From contig OZ025735.1 of assembly GCA_964019335.1 (NCBI GenBank), positions 124,001-188,000 on the forward strand: DNA of 64,000 nucleotides, given 5' to 3'. Under the pieces are notes generated by a model, which was not told where the DNA came from, did no database searches, and was given only the letters and a program-made list of their open reading frames with translations. Positions 1 through 9,500 of the stretch are shown piece by piece. A program made the translations under genes and the position numbers. Positions within the stretch are counted from its first letter, which is position 1, and every line of letters begins with the position of its first letter. Source of the stretch: Diplonema japonicum. Its lineage: Eukaryota > Protista > Euglenozoa: Diplonemea.

Positions 1-2
1 TG

Positions 3-3000
3 CTGGAGCTCGACAAGAAGGACAAACTAATCGCAAAGCTCGAGCAAACCGTCGAAAGCGCCAAAAAACTAGTAACGGCAACAGCACGACAAGCCGTGAA
101 GGACCTGATAGACCACGTAGCAGGCAACATGGAGGCGATGAAAATATCTCTATTCGAAACTATGGGTGTGTTCATCCCACAAGAAGAACGAGCGCGTGCG
201 AATGAAGTAGCAAAACACGTTTCGTGGTTTACCGGCGCCATGCACTCTTCTGAAGGTCTTTCCCCGAAAAAAGGCGTTCTCGACTCCATGTTCAGGTTCG
301 CAAATGAAGAGATCAAACTCAGATGGACGGTTTCGAAGAACTGCTACACGACCACGACCGGAACGGTGCTCCTTGACTACAAAACCCTGTGGACCTCGCA
401 ACATGCCACCATAATCGATCTTGAGACCAAGCTCACCCAAACGCAGCACTTGCTCACAACGTCTCACGCGCTGCACAGCTCGCTCCTCGGCACCCACGAA
501 TCGCAAAAAGCAGAGATCATAAAACACCGCACCCAATACATCACCGAGCTCCTCCTCAAATCACAGCGGATACGGGAGCTTGATGCACGTCTTGCTCAGC
601 TCACCATGCACACCCCTAAACCCATTCCTAAAATCACGGAATTCGGCGAGGAGCAGAATGAAGAAGAAGAAGAAGAAGAAGAGAAAGAAGACACGATGGA
701 GGAGATCCTACAAGATGAAGTCGACGCTCTCAAAAAACAAGTTTTGGAGAAGTCCCACCAAGTAGCTGCGCTGTCCAAAGAGCTGGTAACCTACCGAAAC
801 GAAATCCAATCGCTGCGAAACGAGCTGGAGAAGAAGTGGGCGGAACCGGCATACCCTTCCACAGCGAGCGACGAGGAAGAAGAAGTAGAAGAAGAAGAAA
901 AAGAAGAAGAAAAACAAGAACAAGAAACAGAAAGACACAAGGAAGAAGAAGACGTGCACGATGGAAACGTGACGCCTGCCTCTGATTCACCTTCCGAATT
1001 GTCGATATTCAACCCGAACCCACCGACCTTGGATGAGATGGATGAGCTTCAGGAGGGCGTAGAAGTGGCCTTCCTCGTTCCGTCAGAAACTGGGACACAC
1101 CCAGTATGGGCCACGGGCCGTGTTGCCAAAAACCCAAGCGATCGAAAAAGCGTTACCTTTGATCAAAACGTTATGATCACATCTTCAGAAGGTAACCGAT
1201 CCTCGATACCAAGGAAGAGCATCAGGGTGCTATCTAAAAGCAGCCTCCCAAACGTGTTCGGCATGTCTCATGAAATGAATGTGGACATCGCGCAGCTTCG
1301 GGTGCAGCTCGCACAAGCCGAGGAGAAGATCGTCTTGCTGACCAACGAGCTCGACGACGCCAGCGACAAGATCCAAGAGCTCGAGACACAGTCCGAGGCA
1401 CAGGAACTGGAACGAGCAAAGCTCGCAAGGAAAGAATCTGTGAAGGTGCCTGAGTCACCGTCGAATCGCAACTACGAGGAGGTCATCGACGGCCTGAAGG
1501 ATGAGACTCTTGCTCTCACAGCTGAAATAAAGCTGATGTCAGAAGAGATCGAGACCCTCGAGAACAGCTTACTTCAAGAGGAAGGGAAGACACTTACCGC
1601 ACAGAAGGAGCACAACGAGGCGAAACAAAAAGTCGGGTACCTCCAAGAAGCGAACGACGAGCTGAGCAACTTGCTTGATGTGTGGAAGGGAAAGGTGCAG
1701 TTTCTGGAAGATCAAAACGCTGTTCTGAAGGAGGGGCAGGGACAGGACGAAGGCCAAGAAGAAGACTCGGAATCTGGATCGGACGTGAAACGTTTGAAGA
1801 GGCTGGTGTGCAACCTGCGGATGATCATCGAGGACTCAAAGTCGAACCTCAGACTGCTGAGGCAAGCGCAGAGCAACCTCATCGCCGACTTCAGCGCCTT
1901 CAAATACAAACACAGGAACTGTGAAAACAACGACGAGGACAACCCGCACGCCTCGATGGACAGCGTGCTGGAGGGGCTGCGGGGTGCTGCTGGTGAGTCG
2001 ACCATCGACATCATCAAGCGTATAGTAGTCGACGATATCTTGTTGAAGAACAGCGCAGAGGAGGACATCGCGCCCTTAGAGCTGCTCATCTTAGAGGCAG
2101 TCACCACAGGGCAGCTCCCTGGCGACTACCTCATGCACTTCCTCACTGCTGACCAGCTCGAAGTCCTCAATCAAGAAGGCACTGCGCTCCTTGTGCAGAA
2201 GTCCCTCGACAACGCCCAGCATGAGCCCCAACAAGAACAACAGCCCTCGGAGCAGCGCAAAGATGTTCGTTCGATGCTGTTGTCTATCGGGAAGTCCATC
2301 GGAGGGATAAGCAGCATCGTAAAACAAGTCAGCCCTCCAGACCCGCCTCTCACAGGCAGCCCGCCTTCGGATAGTCATGGCGACACGGGCGACAACACTT
2401 GGCCTGCCAAGGACATGCCCCTGGACCAGATATCTAATGACCTCAACGCAACGAGTAATAGCGAAGATCAAAAAGAGCACGAGATACGACAGCTGCAAGT
2501 GCTGCAACAGAGATTAGAACATGAAGAACAACAAAATGCTAGCAGGCGGCAAGAACACCAATTGCAAGACACGGGGAATGGGCGGCACGCGGAGGGGCAT
2601 CAAGAGAGCCAGAAAGGGGAGCAGTTGCTAGCCGAGAACTCGGAGGCAGAACCCGACCTATTCAACAACGCAGTGGAGGGCCTTGACAAACAGTCACAAC
2701 TACAGCAAGTGCGGGATGACGGGCCACAGGAAACCGAAAAGCAAACTAAACAAACTCAACAACAACATCAACTGCAACAACCGCAGCAAAAGCAGCAACA
2801 TCAAGATCAACAGCAGCAACAACAACCCCAGAAGCCACAACCACAGCAAATGCAACACCAGCAGTCACCTCCATTGCAGCTCCCGCAGTCACAACACCAA
2901 CACAAGCCTGAACACCCTCAACGACCGCCACAAAACGAGGCAGAGAAGCACACCCCCGAGCGAGTGCGGAAAGCCTACAACAGGATAGACGACCTGCAGC

Positions 3001-4145
3001 AGGCCAACCCCCTCAAGCGAGTGCTGAGCCCGGCATTGCTAAACAAGAACAGCGTGCTGGACATCCCCTTCCCGGTGACGGAAAAGTTCGTTGTGGCGGT
3101 GCTTCAGACACCGCTAGAAGAGGTGTTGCAGCATTGCTCAGAGCTGAAGACGATGATCGAGGCACTGCCAGAGGATGCGAGGGAGGGGGTGGCTCAGCAC
3201 TGGGCGCTGGGGATGGCACAAGAAAACGAGATGCTAAGGGAGACAGTGATGGCGTGCTTCGTGGATATCCAGGACAAGAGAAGAAAGGAAGTACTGAAGA
3301 GGCTGGCGGGGGATAGTGGGGGTTTGAAAGAAAAGCTAGTGGGAGGAAGAGTCACACCAAAGCTACTCCGAAGAAAGAAGGAACAGATAAAGGACGAAGA
3401 GGTCGTCAACGAATCCTTCGCAGGGGTGCAACCCCTTCCGAGGCTGAGGCTGAAGCTGGTCAACAGAAACGACGACATGCTGGTCGATAAGACAAAACAA
3501 CAAAAACTGAAGGCGATGATCAAATCGGAGTTCAAAGGGTACCAACAGACCCTCGACCACCTCGACCTTATTGAAGTCGTTTCACTGCTTAAGATCGAAA
3601 CCTTGGATCTCATTTCACTCCACACAGCTTATTCAAGGTTCGACAAGACTCTTTCCGATCATAGGGGCTCTGCTTATGTGAAGGAATCGCATAAATTAAA
3701 AGCCGACCGAAAGACATTACTGGAGAAGTTTAAGATATACCGGCGTATGGAGTCGTTAGCGAACATGGCAGCAGGAAAGTTGAAACGGAAAAAAGAGTGC
3801 ATTCTACACGCACGAGAGGACCAGCTAAGCAAGGTGCTCAGTGAGATTGGGCACATTTCACAGACGCACCCTAAAGAATCGCGCACGTTGGCCAGGGTTG
3901 CGAAGGTTGCTGGGCGTTCTCTTGTGGAGTTTTTGGATGAGCCTGAAACGCCGCTGCTTGCGGAGTCCACACCACCGGTCTTGAACCCTTTGAAAGCTGT
4001 GCCTTGTACATCTGTCCCTAACCCTTTACCCATCGTGCAGAAACGGAGTGCCTATTCTATTATCCCGTCTTTCTCGACTCTGAACGTGAACGGTAAGTAC
4101 AAGCCAGCTTGGAAACGCCCATCGACGGCACCAAAACGAGAGTGA
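3..4145 (+). CDS. Large coiled-coil, E/Q-rich protein of unknown function (5' end lies outside the window)
   Basis: The 1349-aa ORF frame stays open back to base 3 (LELDKKDKLIAKLEQ...). Heptad-rich segments, poly-E and poly-Q tracts; no family recognised. Confidence 0.8.
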   Translation: MELDKKDKLIAKLEQTVESAKKLVTATARQAVKDLIDHVAGNMEAMKISLFETMGVFIPQEERARANEVAKHVSWFTGAMHSSEGLSPKKGVLDSMFRFANEEIKLRWTVSKNCYTTTTGTVLLDYKTLWTSQHATIIDLETKLTQTQHLLTTSHALHSSLLGTHESQKAEIIKHRTQYITELLLKSQRIRELDARLAQLTMHTPKPIPKITEFGEEQNEEEEEEEEKEDTMEEILQDEVDALKKQVLEKSHQVAALSKELVTYRNEIQSLRNELEKKWAEPAYPSTASDEEEEVEEEEKEEEKQEQETERHKEEEDVHDGNVTPASDSPSELSIFNPNPPTLDEMDELQEGVEVAFLVPSETGTHPVWATGRVAKNPSDRKSVTFDQNVMITSSEGNRSSIPRKSIRVLSKSSLPNVFGMSHEMNVDIAQLRVQLAQAEEKIVLLTNELDDASDKIQELETQSEAQELERAKLARKESVKVPESPSNRNYEEVIDGLKDETLALTAEIKLMSEEIETLENSLLQEEGKTLTAQKEHNEAKQKVGYLQEANDELSNLLDVWKGKVQFLEDQNAVLKEGQGQDEGQEEDSESGSDVKRLKRLVCNLRMIIEDSKSNLRLLRQAQSNLIADFSAFKYKHRNCENNDEDNPHASMDSVLEGLRGAAGESTIDIIKRIVVDDILLKNSAEEDIAPLELLILEAVTTGQLPGDYLMHFLTADQLEVLNQEGTALLVQKSLDNAQHEPQQEQQPSEQRKDVRSMLLSIGKSIGGISSIVKQVSPPDPPLTGSPPSDSHGDTGDNTWPAKDMPLDQISNDLNATSNSEDQKEHEIRQLQVLQQRLEHEEQQNASRRQEHQLQDTGNGRHAEGHQESQKGEQLLAENSEAEPDLFNNAVEGLDKQSQLQQVRDDGPQETEKQTKQTQQQHQLQQPQQKQQHQDQQQQQQPQKPQPQQMQHQQSPPLQLPQSQHQHKPEHPQRPPQNEAEKHTPERVRKAYNRIDDLQQANPLKRVLSPALLNKNSVLDIPFPVTEKFVVAVLQTPLEEVLQHCSELKTMIEALPEDAREGVAQHWALGMAQENEMLRETVMACFVDIQDKRRKEVLKRLAGDSGGLKEKLVGGRVTPKLLRRKKEQIKDEEVVNESFAGVQPLPRLRLKLVNRNDDMLVDKTKQQKLKAMIKSEFKGYQQTLDHLDLIEVVSLLKIETLDLISLHTAYSRFDKTLSDHRGSAYVKESHKLKADRKTLLEKFKIYRRMESLANMAAGKLKRKKECILHAREDQLSKVLSEIGHISQTHPKESRTLARVAKVAGRSLVEFLDEPETPLLAESTPPVLNPLKAVPCTSVPNPLPIVQKRSAYSIIPSFSTLNVNGKYKPAWKRPSTAPKRE

Positions 4146-4293
4146 CAAGTTACAAATGAGCTTTTCTTATGAACAGCCAACACCACCATTTTTTTGCCCC
4201 CTAAAACCTTTTTTTTTTTTTTTTTTTTTCCTTCGTCTGTATACCCCCTTCCACAGGTTTTATTTTGTACACAAAAAAAAAAAAAAAAAAAAG

Positions 4294-4470
4294 ATGCCCC
4301 GGCCAAACGTTACGCTGTTGCTTGGCAGTGGGATTGGGTTTCTTTATGCGAGGCACAGTTACCCTGATGTTTTCCGGGGAAGGCTGAGACAGTACCTTCC
4401 GAAGGTGCAGGACGACACGCGCAGCATGACGAGAGAAGACTTCATACGGTCTCTCTTCGTAGGTGTTTAA
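4294..4470 (+). CDS. 58-aa truncated paralog of the N-terminus of the downstream MICU-like gene (micropeptide or pseudogene)
   Basis: ATG follows an A-tract. RSMTREDFIRSL matches RCMTSEDFIRSL in the ORF at 11035, and both have a similar Gly-rich hydrophobic leader. Confidence 0.55.
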   Translation: MPRPNVTLLLGSGIGFLYARHSYPDVFRGRLRQYLPKVQDDTRSMTREDFIRSLFVGV

Positions 4471-4507
4471 TGCTTTTTTTCCCCCCCCTCTCTTTCTTTT
4501 CTTGTTC

Positions 4508-4560
<53 letters not shown>

Positions 4561-4838
4561 TTTTTCTCCATTATTATTTTGGCGAGTCCTAACTTTATCC
4601 CGTTGAAAAAAATTTTTTTTTTCTTTTGCTTGGGGGGAGAAAAAAAAAGAAGAACTGATAAGGGCGGGTGGACCTCAAAAGGTCCCCTCTTTTTTTTTCC
4701 CCGGGGGGGGGGGGGGGGGAGAGGTTGTTCTATTTGCATACTTCAACACGGGGGGGGGGGGAGAATTAAAAAAAATATATTTTTTTAAAAGGGGCTGGTA
4801 ATTTGGGTTGGAATTAATCAAAATAATCGCAATCAAAG

Positions 4839-6596
4839 ATGGCTGGGGAACCTCCTCGTGGTGGCCCTGGGTCCCCTCCCAAGGGGGGGGAGCAAACTCC
4901 CCAGAAGGAGGCAGCATCATCAACATGGGTGCAGGTGGCGCGAATGGCGAGGTCAGTGAAGCCGGTGCAAGCGCAGAAGGTGACGGCGAAGGAATGGCCT
5001 TCTCGTCAGGTGCAGGAGGTGCAGGAGAAGTGGATGGACGAGGACGACGACAACGACAGCAGCAGCAGCAGCACGATCGTACTGCGAGCCATCTGGTGGA
5101 GAGCCGCATCCGGGGAGGACGGGTGGGCGAAGGTGCAAGCGGACGCCAAGAACGAGACGGTGAAGGCACTCAAGGCGCTGGGAGTCACCCTGCGGGGGAT
5201 CTCAGAGCCAAGAGGCGAGGCCTGGAAGGGACAGCTGACCAAGCTGGACCTCCTGGTCTACGTGGCGGCCAACGAAGAAGGGAAGGCGAAGCAGGCTGGT
5301 GCGGGGGGCTTGTTCGTAGAGGACCGCAGGAGGAAGCGAGAGAAGCAGCCACCACTATGGCTGAGGACGTGGGACGTGGCGGCGGCGCGGGGGATCGGAG
5401 GACCTACGGCCACCCTCACAAGCAACGGGAGGGGTCTCGGTTTGGTGCAAGACGGGAACCTGGACAGCGACGACGCCAGACACAAAGCACAGGAGGCCGG
5501 CTTGCTGGTGGGAACAGGGGCCGGACGAAAGTTCGACCTCCACAGTGTGCCACGCGGGATCACGGGCGAGCAGGTGCAGGGCTTGCTACGGAACAACGGG
5601 TGGAAGGACGCGACGGTCATTCGCGTCATCCCGAAGAAGGGGCGGCAACTGGCGGTGGTCCAGTCGGCAGGGCAGCCCCCGTTCGGCGAGGTGCAGGTGG
5701 GGGAGCACCGGATGGCGCTGACGGCGGCGTGGAAGCAGCAACCACTGCAAATGGTGGTGGCGAAAGGGGAAACGAGGAAGGACCCCAACGAAAACTGCGA
5801 CACACGATACTCCAAGCCCGAGTTCCTCTGTTTTTACGGCAAGAACAAGGGCGAGGAGTACTGGGCGGCCGCCGACCCCGAGAAGCTGCAGGAACGGGAG
5901 CAGAAGGACGCGACCGCGGACACGACCACAGAACAGAAGAAGAAGAAGACAAAGAAGCCGCAGAAGCAAGAACAACAACAACAACAACAACAGCAACAGA
6001 AGGACACCACGATCAACGCAACAGAGCTAGAGCAATACAAAATGCTCGTCACGAAGTTGCAGAGCGAAGTCGACCGCCTCAAAGATGCGCTAAGGAAGGT
6101 GGCACGCAGGGCGATGGAGAACAGGGCCGCGACGACCCCAGCAGCCACGACAAGCGCTGCATCCCCGAAGCGGCAGAGGAGCGGCACTCCGGAACAGAAC
6201 ACGGAGACGCCGACGGCGAAGAAGAAGCCTGCGACGGCGGCGGCGGCAGGTGCAGTGTCCCCGAAAAAGACAAGCACGAACACGAACACGAACAAGGCAG
6301 CGTCACCGAAGCGACAGAGGAGCCAGACTCCCTCACCCTCTCCGTCGCCGAAGAAGCCCGACCCCAGCAGCCCCGGCCACAGGAAGCCAACAACCTCGTC
6401 GGAAGGGAAGCTGCAAGGCAAGGAGAAGAAGAAGCAGAAGGTGCATGTCCATGCTTGGTCTGCGACCTACCAAGCCTCACAGGGTCAATGCGGGTCATGT
6501 CATGGCCAGCTGAAAGGCAGGAGGGCGAGGGTGTGCGCCATGGAGAACTGCAGGCGGGAACAATGCGTGAGCTGCATTGGAAACCTCCCCAACTGA
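4839..6596 (+). CDS. Retrotransposon ORF1 (585 aa), putative nucleic-acid-binding protein with coiled coil and C-terminal His/Cys zinc finger
   Basis: ATG 52 nt from the element start. Basic SPK-rich region. C-terminal HxH...CxxC...CxxxxCxxxxCxxC. Confidence 0.85.
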   Translation: MAGEPPRGGPGSPPKGGEQTPQKEAASSTWVQVARMARSVKPVQAQKVTAKEWPSRQVQEVQEKWMDEDDDNDSSSSSTIVLRAIWWRAASGEDGWAKVQADAKNETVKALKALGVTLRGISEPRGEAWKGQLTKLDLLVYVAANEEGKAKQAGAGGLFVEDRRRKREKQPPLWLRTWDVAAARGIGGPTATLTSNGRGLGLVQDGNLDSDDARHKAQEAGLLVGTGAGRKFDLHSVPRGITGEQVQGLLRNNGWKDATVIRVIPKKGRQLAVVQSAGQPPFGEVQVGEHRMALTAAWKQQPLQMVVAKGETRKDPNENCDTRYSKPEFLCFYGKNKGEEYWAAADPEKLQEREQKDATADTTTEQKKKKTKKPQKQEQQQQQQQQQKDTTINATELEQYKMLVTKLQSEVDRLKDALRKVARRAMENRAATTPAATTSAASPKRQRSGTPEQNTETPTAKKKPATAAAAGAVSPKKTSTNTNTNKAASPKRQRSQTPSPSPSPKKPDPSSPGHRKPTTSSEGKLQGKEKKKQKVHVHAWSATYQASQGQCGSCHGQLKGRRARVCAMENCRREQCVSCIGNLPN

Positions 6597-9500
6597 AAAC
6601 GGGGAGGCGGAAACCGGGGTCAGAGGAGGAAGAGGACTTCGCGAGGCTCACGGCGCAGGGGATACATCCGAACCCTGGGCCCAACATGTACGTGTCGACA
6701 GTGAACGTGGCCTCCCTACGCAACCAAATAGAGGAGGTTACGACGAAGCTGGACGTCGACGTGATCTGCACGCAGGAGACGGCGCTGACCTTAGCTGGGC
6801 AGCAGGAGATGGAGCGGGAGCTCGGGAAGAAGACGAAGAAGAAGTGGAAGCCGATGTGGGGACCGCCGCAGCCGGGAAGGAAGGTGGAGGGAATCGCTTC
6901 GAACTGGGTAGCTCAGAGGGGAGGACTGGCAACCCTAATCCGAGAACCCAGGACAGCATTGCCAGGTTCTCTGGACACCAACGACCAATCTGAAGAACAA
7001 CGCAGGAGGTGGCTGCACACTCAGGTCGCAATCGATGGCAAACGCAGATGGCTACATATCATATCGATATACTGCCCGGCAGGAACAGGACGTGAAGAGA
7101 CCGCAAAGAGGGAGACCCTCCTCCACTACATCCTGCGGAAGAAGGCGAAGGAGCTCGGCAATGTGCCAATACTCGTCGTTGGCGACTTCAACACCGACGA
7201 GGCAAGATCCCCGGAACTGCGGAAGGCACTGCAGGCAGGATGGGCGGACACAGCGGACCTATGCGCAAAATGGAGAGGGAAACAACCTGATCCAACGTTT
7301 GTACGGGAGAACTGCGCCACGCGGATCGACAGGATACTGGCAAGTCCGGAGGCAGTACCGGCCATCACCGGATGCCAAGTGAACCAAGCGATCAAGGGGA
7401 CGGATCACCGGACACTGACGGTTGCACTTGAGCTCGACAGATTCAGGATGACGGTACAACGATACATGCTGCCGAGGGGTCTGGAGACGGCAGATGAGCC
7501 AACGGAAGAACAAGGAGCCGAAGCAGTGGAAGCAGCCGGATTCCGACAGTACCTGCACGAAGGAAATATAACAAAAGCCTTCGAGACCCTCTCCCGGTGC
7601 ACCGAAGACCTCCTCATAGACCAACCAGTGGGGACGCCGGGGAGGGCAGCGTACGTCGGAAGAGGCAAACACACCAGCACAAAGGAGAAGGAAGTGTGTG
7701 CACCAACGACGACGGGAACGGTGGGTGCAGCTACAACATGGCAAGCGCGACTGGAAAAGCTGAAGCTCAAGACGCGGACACTGCAACAACAGCTCGAGCA
7801 AGCAGTTGAGGACAAGGGGCTAAGCAAGCCGACCCTGAACACGATAAGAAACGTGAACAGGGAAGCAAAGGCTCTGGCAGTACCAGCTGAACCGGTGCCG
7901 CACGACGCTGTTCTCATAGAGGACATGCTGGCAGCAGCGCTGAACATGGAAGACGCAATTGCAGCTGAGGAACGGAAGAAAAGGACCGAGGCGAACACGT
8001 CACGGAGACGAGAATACCTGGCCGAGGTTGCAGCAGGACGCGAGACAACAAGACTGGTAAAAGTCGCGAAAGGCAAACGTCAAAGCGACGGAACCAGGGC
8101 GGTCAAGGAAGGGATGGTGCTCTTTGCGTCCCCCGGACTGATCGACAGCGTCATGCGCAAGGCGTGGAAGACCGTCTTTGCGAAATACGAGTCCCGACCG
8201 GAGCCCCTCTATGCCCCCTTCAAGGCAAAGTACAGCAAGTTCGTGCAACGGCATGAGATGGAGAGGACACAACTGACGGGAGCAAGGCTGAGGGAAGTGC
8301 TCAGAAAGAAAAGCAAGAAAAGCGCGGCAGGCATCGACGGGTGGAGGATGCTAGAGCTACGGAAACTACCAGAGTCAGTACTAGACGCCTGGGCGATGCT
8401 CTTCCATGCGATCGAAGCAACGGGGAGGTGGCCGGAAGCCATGAAAACGGCACTGGTTACCCTCGTACCGAAGTGCGACGATGCGGGACCACTGGAGCAC
8501 AGGCCTATCACAGTCACATCTGCGGTGTACAGACTCTGGGCATGCGCGCGACTGTCTGATATCCTCATCTGGCAGGAGAAATGGATACACGACAAGCAAT
8601 ACGGATTCCGCACGGGTTTCGGGACAGAGGACGCACTTTTGGACCTCGCCCTTGACATCGAAGAATCCATTCTGGAGGGGAAACCGCTAGTCGGGGTGGC
8701 ACTCGACTTTGCGAAATGCTTTGACAGTGTACCGCAACAGCTGGTTCTGGAGCTGGTGGAGGACATGGGCATGGACACAGGCATCCTCAGGGCACTGAAA
8801 GGAATGTACGCAGGCATGCGAAGACGGTTCAGGTACGCAGCAGGCGTGGGGGAGGAGTTCCACACAACCAATGGAATCCTTCAGGGATGCCCGATTTCAG
8901 TGGTACGCATCAACGCGCTGTTGGCGGTACTAATGAAGCAGGTGGAGAACGACACAGGGGTCCGCTCGCTGTCTTACGCGGACGATGCATATCTCTTGGC
9001 ACGGCTCGGTGCGGCGTTGCAGGAAGGCGTAGACGCAGTGGAAGCCTTCTGCAAACAGGTGGGGATGAAGCTCAACACCAGGAAGACGAAGACCTTTGCA
9101 GTGAACAGGAAGACACCGGAGGTGAAGGTGAAAGGCGAGGAACTGCAGCCGACACGGACTGTAGGAGTACTGGGAGCCAAGCTGCGGACAGACGGCAGGC
9201 CGCAAACCAACGGCGACAGGACGGCGGAGGCACTCGGGACGCTGAGCAGGCTGGGAGCAACGCCGTTGTCCTTTCAGCAGAAGGCGAAGATCATCAGCAG
9301 CACGATCCTACCGAGCTGCCTCTACGACTGCCCATTCTCACCGCCGAAAACGGGACAAATGGCCACGCTGGTGAAGGAGACCACGTACGCGCTCTGGGGG
9401 CAGAAGTACTGCACCAGGAACCCAGGCACAGTACTATCCGTGACACTGCCGGGACACACGAGCCACCCACAGATGACAGCCGCATACAGAGCACTTATGC

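Noticed and set aside
4787-4838. HDV-like ribozyme / Pr77 signature as in L1Tc and ingi
   Set aside because: The 5' UTR is only 52 nt and AT-rich, and I see no nested pseudoknot pairing.
4808-6562. 2034-aa ORF implying 1.75 kb of dual coding over ORF1
   Set aside because: The extension is G/R-rich shadow sequence starting at TTG. The element rarely uses T at codon position 3, which removes stops from the -1 frame; the 352-aa shadow ORF at 8887-9945 shows the same effect.
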